From NCBI GenBank assembly GCA_019116115.1, contig DXCF01000005.1, positions 15,495 through 79,494 of the forward strand: a stretch of DNA of 64,000 nucleotides, in the 5' to 3' direction. A program made the translations under genes and the position numbers. This stretch comes from Candidatus Borkfalkia avicola (lineage in GTDB: Bacteria > Bacillota > Clostridia > Christensenellales > Borkfalkiaceae). Below the pieces are notes generated by a model. The model ran no database searches and was not told the DNA's origin. It saw only the letters and a list, made by a program, of their open reading frames with translations. Shown here in pieces: positions 9,675 to 19,470 of the stretch. Each line of letters begins with the position of its first letter. Position 1 is the stretch's first letter.

Positions 9675-9699
9675 AAAAAGCCCGCCGAAGCGGGCTTTT
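9675..9699 (-). terminator. Intrinsic terminator of ppdK
   Basis: aaaaagcccgccgaagcgggctttt, about 20 nt past the ppdK stop. Confidence 0.8.
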
Positions 9700-9718
9700 C
9701 GTACTGTTCCTGACAGAC

Positions 9719-12367
9719 TTACTTGCGGGGATTTTTGATGTTCGCCTGCGCGGCTGCGAGCCTTGCGATAGGCACGCGGTAAGGCGAGCAGGAAACATAG
9801 TCCAGACCGATCTTGTGGCAGAACTCGATGGAAGAAGGATCGCCGCCGTGCTCGCCGCAGATGCCGCAATGCAGGTTGGGACGGGTGCTTCTGCCGAGTT
9901 TGACAGCCATCTCCATCAGTTTGCCGACGCCGACCTGGTCGAGCTTGGCAAACGGGTCGAACTCGTAGATCTTGTTCTCGTAATACGAAGGCAGGAACTT
10001 GCCCGCATCGTCACGGGAGAAGCCGAAGGTCATCTGCGTGAGGTCGTTCGTGCCGAAGCAGAAGAACTCCGCTTCCTTCGCGATCTCGTCGGCGGTGATC
10101 GCCGCGCGCGGGATCTCGATCATCGTGCCGACTTCGTACTTGATGTCGCTCTTCGCCTCGGCGATGAGTTTGTCGGCCGTTTCGACGACGATGTTCTTGA
10201 CGAACTTCATCTCTTTGACCTCGCCGGTGAGCGGGATCATGATCTCGGGGCAGATGTTCCAGTCTGCATGCTTTTTCTTGACGTTGATCGCAGCCTTGAT
10301 GACGGCGGCCGTCTGCATGCGCGCGATCTCGGGATAGGTGACCGTCAGGCGGCAGCCGCGGTGGCCCATCATCGGGTTGAACTCGTGCAGGTCGGCGATG
10401 ATCTGCTTGATCTGCGCGACGGTCTTTTTCTGCGCCTTTGCCAGCGCCGCGATCTCTTCCTCGGAGGTGGGCACGAACTCGTGCAGAGGAGGATCGAGGA
10501 AGCGGATGGTCACGGGATAGCCGCCCAGCGCCTCGTAGAGCTTTTCAAAGTCGCTCTGCTGCATCGGCTCGATCTTGGCGAGCGCGGCCTCGCGCTCTTC
10601 GACGGTATCCGAGCAGATCATCTCGCGGAACGCGGCGATCCTTTCGGGCTCGAAGAACATATGCTCGGTACGGCAGAGGCCGATGCCCTGCGCGCCGAAC
10701 GCCGCAGCCTGCTTCGCATCCTTCGGGGTATCCGCGTTGGTGCGGACGCCGAGCGCCTTATATTTGTCGGCGAGCTCCATGATGCGGCCGAAGTAACCGC
10801 TGTTGGGATCAGCGGGAACGGTCGGGATCAGGCAATCGTAGATATTGCCGGTGGAGCCGTCGAGGGAGAGCACGTCGCCCTCTTTGTAAACTTTGCCTTT
10901 GAGGGTGAACTGCTTGTTCTCCTCGTCCATCTTGATATCGCCGCAGCCGGAAACGCAGCAGGTGCCCATGCCGCGCGCGACGACCGCCGCGTGGGAGGTC
11001 TGTCCGCCGCGGACGGTCAGGATGCCCTGCGCGAACTTCATGCCTTCGATGTCTTCGGGGGAGGTTTCCAATCTTACCAGGACGACCTTTTCGCCCTTCT
11101 TGCCCTGCTCGACGGCATCTTCTGCGGTGAACACGATCTTGCCGGCGGCAGCGCCCGGAGAGGCCGCGATGCCCTTGCCGACGACGTTGTTCTTATCCGC
11201 CTCTTTGAGCGCTTTGGGATCGAACTGCGGGTGCAGCAGCATATCGAGCGACTTCGCGTCGATCTGCATGAGCGCTTCCTGCTCGGTGATCATGCCCTCG
11301 TCGATGAGGTCGCAGGCGATCTTGATGGCGGCGGCGGCGGTGCGCTTGCCGTTACGCGTCTGCAGCATGTAGAGTTTCTCGTTCTCGACGGTGAACTCCA
11401 TATCCTGCATGTCGCGGTAATGCGATTCGAGGATCTTGCAGACTTCCTGGAACTGCTTGTACACTTCGGGGAAGACTTCCGCCATCTTGGAGATGGGCAT
11501 CGGGGTGCGGACGCCCGCAACGACGTCTTCGCCCTGCGCGTTGGTGAGGAATTCGCCCATCAGGCCCTTCTCGCCGGTGGCGGGGTTGCGCGTGAACGCG
11601 ACGCCCGTGCCGCAATTGTCGCCCATGTTGCCGAACGCCATCATCTGCACGTTGACGGCAGTGCCCCAGCTGTAAGGGATGTCGTGATCCATGCGGTAGA
11701 TGTTGGCGCGGGGGTTGTCCCACGAACGGAAGACCGCCTTGATCGCCTCGAAGAGCTGTTCCTTCGGGTCGGAGGGGAAGTCTTTGCCGAGCTGCTTTTT
11801 GTACTCGGCCTTGAACTGCTCGGCGAGCTCTTTGAGGTCTTCCGCCGTCAGCTCGACGTCCTGCGTGACGCCCTTCTTTTCCTTCATCTTGTCGATGAGC
11901 TGTTCAAAGTATTTCTTGCCGACTTCCATGACGACGTCGGAGAACATCTGGATGAAACGGCGGTAGCAGTCGTACGCCCAGCGGGGATTGCCCGACTTTT
12001 TGGCGATGACTTCGACGACTTCTTCGTTGAGGCCGAGGTTGAGGATGGTGTCCATCATGCCCGGCATGGAAGCGCGCGCGCCCGAACGGACGGAGACGAG
12101 CAGAGGGTTCTCCTTGTCGCCGAACTTTTTGCCGCAGATCTTTTCCATCTTGGCGATGTACTCCATGATCTCCTTCTGGATATCGGGATTGATCTGCCTG
12201 CCGTCTTCATAATACTGCGTGCACGCTTCGGTGGAGATGGTGAAGCCCTGCGGAACGGGAAGGCCGATCTTGGTCATCTCCGCAAGGTTCGCGCCCTTGC
12301 CGCCGAGAAGCTCGCGCATCTGTGCGTTCCCTTCCGAGAAGAGATAGCAATACTTCTTTTTTGCCAT
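9719..12367 (-). CDS. ppdK: Pyruvate, phosphate dikinase
   Basis: Start reassigned to MAKKKYCYLFSEG (AGGAGG RBS). LLGGKGANLAEM, GGQTSHAAVVARG phospho-His motif, FGTNDLTQM, GICGEHGGDP. Confidence 0.98.
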   Translation of the reverse strand: MAKKKYCYLFSEGNAQMRELLGGKGANLAEMTKIGLPVPQGFTISTEACTQYYEDGRQINPDIQKEIMEYIAKMEKICGKKFGDKENPLLVSVRSGARASMPGMMDTILNLGLNEEVVEVIAKKSGNPRWAYDCYRRFIQMFSDVVMEVGKKYFEQLIDKMKEKKGVTQDVELTAEDLKELAEQFKAEYKKQLGKDFPSDPKEQLFEAIKAVFRSWDNPRANIYRMDHDIPYSWGTAVNVQMMAFGNMGDNCGTGVAFTRNPATGEKGLMGEFLTNAQGEDVVAGVRTPMPISKMAEVFPEVYKQFQEVCKILESHYRDMQDMEFTVENEKLYMLQTRNGKRTAAAAIKIACDLIDEGMITEQEALMQIDAKSLDMLLHPQFDPKALKEADKNNVVGKGIAASPGAAAGKIVFTAEDAVEQGKKGEKVVLVRLETSPEDIEGMKFAQGILTVRGGQTSHAAVVARGMGTCCVSGCGDIKMDEENKQFTLKGKVYKEGDVLSLDGSTGNIYDCLIPTVPADPNSGYFGRIMELADKYKALGVRTNADTPKDAKQAAAFGAQGIGLCRTEHMFFEPERIAAFREMICSDTVEEREAALAKIEPMQQSDFEKLYEALGGYPVTIRFLDPPLHEFVPTSEEEIAALAKAQKKTVAQIKQIIADLHEFNPMMGHRGCRLTVTYPEIARMQTAAVIKAAINVKKKHADWNICPEIMIPLTGEVKEMKFVKNIVVETADKLIAEAKSDIKYEVGTMIEIPRAAITADEIAKEAEFFCFGTNDLTQMTFGFSRDDAGKFLPSYYENKIYEFDPFAKLDQVGVGKLMEMAVKLGRSTRPNLHCGICGEHGGDPSSIEFCHKIGLDYVSCSPYRVPIARLAAAQANIKNPRK

Positions 12368-12419
12368 AAAAATTCTTTCCTCCTGATAAGATTGGAAATT
12401 TTTTTCTTTCAGCATATCT

Positions 12420-12448
12420 ATTTTAATATAATTCGGCGCAAAATTCAA
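12420..12448 (-). promoter_or_regulatory. Sigma-A-type promoter of ppdK
   Basis: Minus strand TTGAAT, 17 nt, TAAAAT. Confidence 0.6.
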
Positions 12449-12554
12449 GTGAAAAGCAATTCTTTTTGAAATTTTTTGCATGATTTTTGCATCCTCCGCG
12501 GCGGGAAGAACAAAAAGGGCGCAGGGGCGGCAAAACGGCCGCCCCTGCGCGGGG

Positions 12555-13271
12555 TCATTGCGGCAATGCTATGTATTCGGCGAGCGCCTTCACTTCGGTT
12601 TCCGTCTTTGCACGGAAAAAGGCATAGAGCAGCTTTACGGCGCGCCGCTTGCCCTCCCGCGTGACTTTGGCGGGGTCGCACTCCTCCCCCGCGCACTTTT
12701 TCAGCACTTCGAGGGTCTCTGCGCTCACGCCCGCGCCGCGCGCGCAGTCCGCGCAGTAAAAGCAGCCGTCCGCGACGTCGAAAAAGCACTTCCCTCCCAG
12801 CAAGGCGCCGCAGCCGGCACAGCCGGAAAGGTCGAGCCGGTAGCCGGAAAGTTCCAGCGCGGCGAGCAGGAAGGAGATGAGTTCTTCCGCCTCGTCGCCG
12901 TCGCACATCCCGCGCAGGGCGTTCACCGCGCGGAGAAACAGCTCTTCGCTGACCATGCCGTCATAGAGCAGCGCGTCGCAGACGCCGGCGAGGGAGGCGG
13001 CGGCGTAAAACTTGCCGATATCCCCGCGCAGGGCATAAAAACTGTCCGTTTCCGCGGCGGAGATGACGGTATTGCGCTCCCCTCTCTGCGCGAGCACATA
13101 CTCCGCGAAACAGAAGGGCTGCGCCGCAAAGCGCAGCTTCGCCCCCGCCTTGCGCACGCCCTTCGCCGCGGCGGAGAGCTTCCCCCGCTGCAGCGTGAAG
13201 AGCGTGAGCATCCTGTCGCTTTCGCCGTAGTCCGCCGTGCGGATCACGATTGCATCGACCTTGATCTCCAC
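12555..13271 (-). CDS. recO: DNA repair protein RecO
   Basis: GTG start; IVIRTADYGESDRMLTLFT...G...AKGVRK OB-fold; C-x2-C...C-x2-C zinc finger. Confidence 0.95.
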   Translation of the reverse strand: MEIKVDAIVIRTADYGESDRMLTLFTLQRGKLSAAAKGVRKAGAKLRFAAQPFCFAEYVLAQRGERNTVISAAETDSFYALRGDIGKFYAAASLAGVCDALLYDGMVSEELFLRAVNALRGMCDGDEAEELISFLLAALELSGYRLDLSGCAGCGALLGGKCFFDVADGCFYCADCARGAGVSAETLEVLKKCAGEECDPAKVTREGKRRAVKLLYAFFRAKTETEVKALAEYIALPQ

Positions 13272-13284
13272 TCCTTTCTCCGTA

Positions 13285-13392
13285 TCACTTTTTCAGCTGT
13301 TTGTACAGCATATAGTAAGACAGGCTGCCCGTCTGCCGGAAAAGCTGCCAGGCGATCTCTGCCGTTTCGTCGTCTTTGATGAACCTTGCCAT
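13285..13392 (-). CDS. yqzL: YqzL-like small protein, 35 aa (not in ORF track)
   Basis: MARFIKDDETAEIAWQLFRQTGSLSYYMLYKQLKK; GGAGG RBS; W.lF..TG....Y.lyk pattern; position directly upstream of recO as in Bacillus yqzL-recO. Confidence 0.75.
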   Translation of the reverse strand: MARFIKDDETAEIAWQLFRQTGSLSYYMLYKQLKK

Positions 13393-13455
13393 GCGCATTC
13401 CCCTCCCGTTACAGTTTGCGCAGGAAACGGGGAAAACGCGCGCGGAAAATTCTGC

Positions 13456-14448
13456 CTATTCGCGCTCGGTCAGTTCGTTGTTGAACGCGGCGTAATCTTC
13501 CCTGCCCTCGCGGATAAAGCGGATGGCGGAAGAGGGGTGCATGTTCAGCCTGCCCGTGAGCAGGTATGCCACGTCGTACCCCCACACGACGCCCTGCTCT
13601 TTCAGCGGGAGCATATGCTGCTCTATGAACCGCAGGACGGGCGAAAGGCGGAACTTGGGGTTTTTGAGGAAGCCGAGCAGAAGTTCGGAAGAGCAGTTGC
13701 CCGCACCGCGCCCCATGCCGTTGACGGTCATGTCGAGATAGGAGGCGCCCCAGCTCGCCGCCTCGATGGTGTTGCCGAAGGCGAGCTGCTGGTTGTTGTG
13801 CGCGTGCACGCCCACCGCCTTTTTGTACTTTTCGCCCGCTTCGAGATAGCGCAGCGTGAGCTTTGCCACCTGCTCGGGGTACAGCGAGCCGTACGAATCG
13901 ACGAGATAGATGACGTCGACGGGGCTTTCGCCGAGCATGCGGAGGGCGTCGTCGATCTCCTCGTCTTTGGCTTTGGAGACCGCCATCACGTTGGCGCACG
14001 TTTCATAGCCGAGCTTTTTGCAGTGCTCGATCATCTCGATGGCGGCGGGGATCTCGTTGATGTAGCAGGCGACGCGCACCATGTCGAGCACGCTCTCCTT
14101 TTTGGGGAGAATGTCTTTGCGGAAATCCGTTCTGCCCACGTCTGCCATGACGGAGAGCTTCATGTCCGTCTTGTTTTCGCCCACGACGGCGCGCAGGTCT
14201 TTTTCGTCGCAGAACTTGTATTTGCCGAACTTATCGGCATCGAACAGCGCCCGCGACGCCTTGTAACCCATCTCCATATAGTCGACGCCCGCCGCGAGGT
14301 TCATCGCGTACAGCGCCTTTGCGAACTCGTCCGAAAAGCGGAAATCGTTGCACAGCCCGCCGTCGCGCAGGGTGGCGTCGAGAACCTTGATATCGGGGCG
14401 GAAGGAGAGAAGGGAGCCCTTCCGCTGCGCATTCTGTACGTTTGCCAT
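13456..14448 (-). CDS. DRE-TIM/HMGL-like aldolase catalytic-domain protein (4-hydroxy-2-oxovalerate aldolase-like)
   Basis: VLDATLRDGG (DRE motif), YLVDSYGS, GVHAHNNQQLA, GMGRGAGN. Confidence 0.85.
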   Translation of the reverse strand: MANVQNAQRKGSLLSFRPDIKVLDATLRDGGLCNDFRFSDEFAKALYAMNLAAGVDYMEMGYKASRALFDADKFGKYKFCDEKDLRAVVGENKTDMKLSVMADVGRTDFRKDILPKKESVLDMVRVACYINEIPAAIEMIEHCKKLGYETCANVMAVSKAKDEEIDDALRMLGESPVDVIYLVDSYGSLYPEQVAKLTLRYLEAGEKYKKAVGVHAHNNQQLAFGNTIEAASWGASYLDMTVNGMGRGAGNCSSELLLGFLKNPKFRLSPVLRFIEQHMLPLKEQGVVWGYDVAYLLTGRLNMHPSSAIRFIREGREDYAAFNNELTERE

Positions 14449-14553
14449 ATATCTGCTCCGAAAAAAAATTTTTGCGTGTCCTTATGAAAAAATTTATAAT
14501 AAATTTGCCTCGCGGCCCCGCAGGCTGCGCCTGCAAAGCCACTCGTTAAATTT

Positions 14554-14582
14554 ATTATAAATCTGAATTTTGCCGTTTTCAA
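14554..14582 (-). promoter_or_regulatory. Sigma-A promoter of the aldolase-like gene
   Basis: Minus strand TTGAAA, 17 nt, TATAAT. Confidence 0.75.
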
Positions 14583-14634
14583 TGCCTTCTGCCATAAACT
14601 TTTTCGGCAGACAAACTTGACTTTTATAAGTATC

Positions 14635-14850
14635 TGCGCGTTTCAAAGCCACGCCTTTGAATAAGCGCACTCAATTTGCCGTAAACTTACGGCTCCCCCG
14701 AAGGGGGTGAATTTGCGGCATTTTTCAATATGTGTGCCCCGAAGATGCCGCAAAGAGGGGGAAACTGCCCGCAGAGCGCAGCGAACGGGCGGTTGCACCC
14801 TGAAATTCGCAGGATTTCGCAGCCGTCAGCTCGGCGAGAAATCCGCGAGC
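14635..14850 (-). repeat. Structured intergenic repeat, single ~215-nt unit (copy A)
   Basis: Reverse complement is near-identical to 35245-35459 from GCAACC inward, differing mainly in one loop and in the outer hairpin. Confidence 0.9.
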
Positions 14851-14854
14851 TTTT

Positions 14855-15454
14855 TCAGTGCCTTTTCTCCAGCTCCGTGCAGACGTCGGACAGCTTTACG
14901 CCCGCGTTCGCCAGCAGCACGAGGGTGTGGTAGAAGAGGTCTGCGCATTCGCCGACGATCTCTTCCTTCTCCCCGTTTTTGGCGGCGATGACCAGCTCGA
15001 CCGCCTCTTCGCCCGCCTTTTTGGCGATCTTGTCTACGCCCTTTTCAAAGAGATAGCAGGTATAGCTGCCTTCTTCGGGGTTTTGTTTGCGGTCTTCAAC
15101 GATGCGCTGCAGCCTGCCCAGCATCTCCGCGCCCGCGCCGCATTCCTTTACGGGCGTGAAAAAACAGCTGTAACTGCCCGTGTGGCAGGCGGCGCCCGTC
15201 TGTTCGACTTTGAGAAGGACGCAGTCTTTATCGCAGTCGAGATAAATGCCGCGCACCTTTTGCAGGTGCCCGCTCTCCTCCCCCTTTTTCCACAATTTTT
15301 TGCGCGAGCGGCTCCAATAGTGGGCATACCCCGTTTCGAGGGTGAGGCGGTACGCCTCTTCGTTCATGTATGCCTGCATGAGCACTTCTCCGCTCTCGAA
15401 GTCCTGCGCGACGGCGCAGACGAGGCCCTGTTCGTTCCATTTGAGTTCTTCCAT
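14855..15454 (-). CDS. hisIE: Bifunctional phosphoribosyl-AMP cyclohydrolase / phosphoribosyl-ATP pyrophosphatase
   Basis: [34 protein letters not shown]...KKAGEEAVE. Confidence 0.96.
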   Translation of the reverse strand: MEELKWNEQGLVCAVAQDFESGEVLMQAYMNEEAYRLTLETGYAHYWSRSRKKLWKKGEESGHLQKVRGIYLDCDKDCVLLKVEQTGAACHTGSYSCFFTPVKECGAGAEMLGRLQRIVEDRKQNPEEGSYTCYLFEKGVDKIAKKAGEEAVELVIAAKNGEKEEIVGECADLFYHTLVLLANAGVKLSDVCTELEKRH

Positions 15455-15457
15455 CGG

Positions 15458-16219
15458 CTATACCTCCCGCACGGGTACCCCGCGCCCGGCGAGGTAACTT
15501 TTGAGCTGCTTCATGTCTATCTCCCCGAAGTGAAAGAGGGAGGCGGCGAGCGCCGCGTCTGCCCCGCCTTCGGTGAGCACGTCGTAAAAATCTTCCGCCC
15601 TGCCCGCGCCGCCCGAGGCGATGACGGGCACGTTGACGGCATCCGCCGCCGCGCGCGTGAGCGCGAGGTCGTAGCCGGACTTCGTGCCGTCTTTATCCAT
15701 GCTGGTGAGCAATATTTCCCCCGCGCCGAGGGCGACCGCTTCTTTTATCCAGCTTACGGCGTCGAGCCCGGTATTGACGCGGCCGCCGTTGAGATAGACG
15801 TCCCACGAGCCGCGGCCGTTTGCCTTTGCGTCTACCGCGAGCACCACGCACTGCGAGCCGAACTTTGCCGCCGCCTCGGAAATGAGGGCGGGATTCTTTA
15901 TCGCTGCGGAGTTGACGGCGATCTTGTCTGCCCCGGCGGAGAGCATGGTGCGGAAATCTTCGATGCTGCGGATGCCGCCGCCCACCGTGAGCGGGATGAA
16001 TACCTGCTCGCTGGCGCGGCTCAAAATATCGACGGCGGTCTTTCTGCCGTCGCTGGACGCGGTTATGTCGAGAAAGACGATCTCGTCGGCGCCGATCTTG
16101 TCATACGCCTTTGCGACCTGAACGGGATCTCCCGCGTCGACGAGGTTGACGAAATTGACGCCCTTGACCACCCTGCCCTTATCTATATCGAGGCAGGGAA
16201 TGATGCGCTTTGCGAGCAA
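15458..16219 (-). CDS. hisF: Imidazole glycerol phosphate synthase cyclase subunit
   Basis: TTG start; RIIPCLD...[33 protein letters not shown]. Confidence 0.97.
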   Translation of the reverse strand: MLAKRIIPCLDIDKGRVVKGVNFVNLVDAGDPVQVAKAYDKIGADEIVFLDITASSDGRKTAVDILSRASEQVFIPLTVGGGIRSIEDFRTMLSAGADKIAVNSAAIKNPALISEAAAKFGSQCVVLAVDAKANGRGSWDVYLNGGRVNTGLDAVSWIKEAVALGAGEILLTSMDKDGTKSGYDLALTRAAADAVNVPVIASGGAGRAEDFYDVLTEGGADAALAASLFHFGEIDMKQLKSYLAGRGVPVREV

Positions 16220-16279
16220 GTGGCACCTCCTCCGCCCGCAGGCGCGCGGGCGGCATTGTAACGGACGGCGGCAGGAGCT

Positions 16280-16990
16280 TTACCTGCACAGCCGTATGGC
16301 TTCTTTCAGATCGACGGCGCCGTCGTAGACAGACCTGCCCAGAACGCAGCCGGCGACGCCGCTGTCTTTGAGATTTTCGATATCTTTCAGGGAGGAAACG
16401 CCGCCCGAGGCGATGACGTTCAGCCCCGTTTCCTTCTGCATGCGCACCGTTTCGCAGAGGTTGACGCCCTGCATGGCGCCGTCTTTGGAAATATCGGTGA
16501 ACAGCGCCCAGCGGATGCCCATGCGCACGCATTTTTTGCCGAACGCCGCGGCGGAGATGTCGGTGGTTTCCGTCCAGCCCTTGACGGCGAGCATGCCGCC
16601 GCGCGCGTCGATGCCGGCGACGATCTTTTCGGGGAAGGAATAGGCGGCGAGGGCGAACTCGTCTGGATCGCTCACCGCCATCGTGCCGATGACGGCGCGG
16701 TCTGCGCCCGCGTCGAGCCGGCGGCGGATGTCCGTTACCTTACGCAGCCCCCCGCCGCTCTGTATGCGGATGTTCACCCGCTTTTTGATCTCGGAGATGA
16801 CGCCGTCGATGCCGCTTTTGCCCGAAAACGCGCCGGAGAGGTCGACGACGTGCAGCCACCCGGCGCCCGCCTCCGCCCACTTTTCGGCAAAGGCGACGGG
16901 GTCGCCGTAGTCGGTCACTTTGTTCTTGTCGCCCTTGTACAGGCGCACTGCTCTGCCCTCGAGAATGTCGATGGCGGGAAATAAAATCAT
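16280..16990 (-). CDS. hisA: ProFAR isomerase
   Basis: ILFPAIDI..GRAVRL..G, IQSGGGLR, FTDISKDGAMQG. Confidence 0.96.
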   Translation of the reverse strand: MILFPAIDILEGRAVRLYKGDKNKVTDYGDPVAFAEKWAEAGAGWLHVVDLSGAFSGKSGIDGVISEIKKRVNIRIQSGGGLRKVTDIRRRLDAGADRAVIGTMAVSDPDEFALAAYSFPEKIVAGIDARGGMLAVKGWTETTDISAAAFGKKCVRMGIRWALFTDISKDGAMQGVNLCETVRMQKETGLNVIASGGVSSLKDIENLKDSGVAGCVLGRSVYDGAVDLKEAIRLCR

Positions 16991-17008
16991 AAGAACGTCC
17001 CCCTTGTT

Positions 17009-17599
17009 TCAGTTCATTCCGCAGAAATTTTTAAGCAGGCGCAGGCCCGCCGCGCCGCTCTTTTCGGGGTGGAACTGCACCCCGTATACGTTGCCCGACC
17101 AGACCGCGGACGGGTATATATCATAATATTCTGTGCGCGCGCAGGCGTACCCTTCGGGGCAGTCTGCACGGTAGCTGTGCACGAAATAAAAGCGCGTGCC
17201 CTCCTCTATGCCGTCGAAGAGCGGCGTTTTCAGGGAAAAGACGCCGTTCCAGCCGATCTGCGGGATCTTGCCCCGCGCAAAGCGCACGACCTGCCCCGGC
17301 ACAAAGCCCAGCCCCGCGTGCTCGCCCTCCTCGAAACTGCGTTCGAGAAGGAACTGCATGCCGAGGCAGATGCCGAGGATCTTCGTATCCCGCGCGCGCG
17401 CCTTTATATAGGCGTTAAGCCCGCGGGCGGACAGCTCTGCCATGCCCGCGCCGAAGGAGCCGACGCCGGGAAGGATGAGCTTATCGCAGCCGTCGAGGAC
17501 AGACCTTTCGCCGGAGATGAGGGCGGGGACGCCGATCGCTTCCAGCGCCTTCTGCACCGAGCGCAGGTTGCCCGCGCCGTAATCGACGATGCCGACCAT
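17009..17599 (-). CDS. hisH: Imidazole glycerol phosphate synthase glutaminase subunit
   Basis: Start reassigned to MVGIVDYGAGNLRSV, overlapping the hisB stop; GICLGMQ, QFHPEKS. Confidence 0.96.
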   Translation of the reverse strand: MVGIVDYGAGNLRSVQKALEAIGVPALISGERSVLDGCDKLILPGVGSFGAGMAELSARGLNAYIKARARDTKILGICLGMQFLLERSFEEGEHAGLGFVPGQVVRFARGKIPQIGWNGVFSLKTPLFDGIEEGTRFYFVHSYRADCPEGYACARTEYYDIYPSAVWSGNVYGVQFHPEKSGAAGLRLLKNFCGMN

Positions 17600-18171
17600 C
17601 ACAGCACCCCTTTGGAGGAAGGGATCTTGTCGGACGTGATCTTCACGGCGTCCTGCACGCACTTTGCGAGCGCCTTGAAGATCGCCTCCGCCTCGTGGTG
17701 CATATTGCCGCCTTTGAGCAGCTTTATATACAGGTTGACCCCCGCGTTGAAGGCGAAGGCGCGCATAAATTCTTCCACCAGCTCGGCGTCGAACTCCCCT
17801 ATCTTGCCGGAGAGCTTGTCCTCAAAATTCAGAAAAGGCCTGCCCGAGATATCCAGCGCGACGAGGGCGGCGCACTCGTCCATCGGCACGACGCGGTCGG
17901 CAAAGCGGGCGATGCCCTTTTTGTCTCCCAGCGCAGCCTTGAACGCCTGCCCGAGACAGATGCCGACGTCTTCCACGCTGTGGTGGAAATCGACGTCGGT
18001 ATCCCCCTTGCACGTCACTTTCAGGCCGGTGCCGGAATGGACGCCGAAGAGTTCGAGCATATGGTTGAAAAACCCGACCCCCGTATCGACGGAAACCGTT
18101 CCGCCGTCGAGGCAGAGCGTTACATTCACTTTGGTTTCGCGCGTTTCGCGGGAAATTTCTGCCGTTCTCAT
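17599..18171 (-). CDS. hisB: Imidazoleglycerol-phosphate dehydratase
   Basis: Start reassigned to MRTAEISRETRET; DFHHSVED, NMHHEAEAIFKA, IPSSKGVL. Confidence 0.97.
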   Translation of the reverse strand: MRTAEISRETRETKVNVTLCLDGGTVSVDTGVGFFNHMLELFGVHSGTGLKVTCKGDTDVDFHHSVEDVGICLGQAFKAALGDKKGIARFADRVVPMDECAALVALDISGRPFLNFEDKLSGKIGEFDAELVEEFMRAFAFNAGVNLYIKLLKGGNMHHEAEAIFKALAKCVQDAVKITSDKIPSSKGVL

Positions 18172-19454
18172 TTTCTTTTCTCCTTTTCCGTGCGGATGCG
18201 CACCGCGTTGGCGTGCGCGTGCAGACCTTCGTTTTCCGCGAGGCGGACGATGTCTGCCGCGTCTTCGGCGAGCGCCTCTTCCGTATAGCGGATGACGCTC
18301 ATCTTGCGCAGGAAGATATCCTGGTTCAGCACCTCGAAAAAGCGCGCCGTGCCCCCCGTGGGGAGGGTGTGGTCGGGGCCGGCGAAATAGTCGCCGACGG
18401 GCTCGGGGGTGCTGCCGCCCATAAATACCGCGCCCGCGCTGCGGATGCGGGGCAGCAGCGCCTCGCAGTTTTCGCAGGCGAGTTCGAGGTGTTCGGGCGC
18501 GATCTCGTTGGCGAGGGCGCACGCCTCCTCCATGTCTTTCACGAAGATGATGCCGCCCGAATTTTCCACCGAATATGCGGCGATTTCGCTGCGGGGAAGG
18601 AGGGCGAGCTGCCGCTCCGTTTCCGCGGCGACCCGCTCCGCGAGGGCGGGGCTGTCGGTGAGCAGGATGGCGCGGGCGAGCCTGTCGTGCTCGGCCTGCG
18701 AGAGGATATCTGCCGCGATGTGGGCGGCGTTCTGCCTGCCGTCCGCTATGATGAGGATCTCGGAGGGGCCGGCGAGCATGTCGATGCCGACCTCGCCGTA
18801 CACCTCTTTTTTGGCGAGGGTGACGTAGATGTTGCCGGGGCCGGCGATGACGTCGACCTTCGGGATGCTCTCCGTGCCGCAGGCGAGCGCGGCGATCGCC
18901 TGCGCGCCGCCGGCCTTGAAGATCTTTTCGGCGCCGCACAGATCGGCGGCGACGAGCACCGCGGGCGCGATCTTGCCGTCTTTGGCGGGCGTGCAGACGT
19001 AGATATGCTCCACCCCCGCCGCCTTTGCGGGCAATACCCCCATCAGCACCGAGCTGAACAGCGGCGCGGTGCCGCCGGGGACGTAGATGCCCGCGCGCTC
19101 GACGGCGCGGACGGTGTAGCCCGTCGTCCTGCCGCGCCCGTCGGTGCGGATATCCTCCCGCATCGGACTGCGGGAATGGTAATCGAGCACGTTTTTCGCC
19201 GCCTTCTTCATGGAAGAGAGCAGGTCTGCGCTCACCTGCGCGTACGCCTCCCCGATCTCCTCGCGGGAGACGGCGACGGTCGCGGCGGTGAGGGAAGTGC
19301 CGTCGAATTTTTCGCAATATTCGAAGAGCGCGGCGTCGCCGCGGGTACGCACGTCCTGCACGATGGCGCGCACGGCGGCGCGCTTTTCTTCGTCGTCGAA
19401 CCTGCCGCGGCGCAGGATGGCGGCGGCGTCTGCAGCGTTTTTATAAATTTTCAT
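18168..19454 (-). CDS. hisD: Histidinol dehydrogenase
   Basis: GIYVPGG, AGPGNIYV, DMLAGPSE, QAEHD, APEHLEL, GDYFAGPDHTLPTGG. Confidence 0.97.
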   Translation of the reverse strand: MKIYKNAADAAAILRRGRFDDEEKRAAVRAIVQDVRTRGDAALFEYCEKFDGTSLTAATVAVSREEIGEAYAQVSADLLSSMKKAAKNVLDYHSRSPMREDIRTDGRGRTTGYTVRAVERAGIYVPGGTAPLFSSVLMGVLPAKAAGVEHIYVCTPAKDGKIAPAVLVAADLCGAEKIFKAGGAQAIAALACGTESIPKVDVIAGPGNIYVTLAKKEVYGEVGIDMLAGPSEILIIADGRQNAAHIAADILSQAEHDRLARAILLTDSPALAERVAAETERQLALLPRSEIAAYSVENSGGIIFVKDMEEACALANEIAPEHLELACENCEALLPRIRSAGAVFMGGSTPEPVGDYFAGPDHTLPTGGTARFFEVLNQDIFLRKMSVIRYTEEALAEDAADIVRLAENEGLHAHANAVRIRTEKEKRK

Positions 19455-19470
19455 GAAGGGAACCTCCCTT

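Noticed and set aside
9719-12481. Extended N-termini given in the ORF track (ppdK, hisB, hisH, fakA, rsmB, pcrA, mazG, yabM, DUF1624, AraC, rpmB)
   Set aside because: Each has a downstream start with a clear RBS matching the family's usual N-terminus, and the extensions overlap neighbouring genes or promoters.
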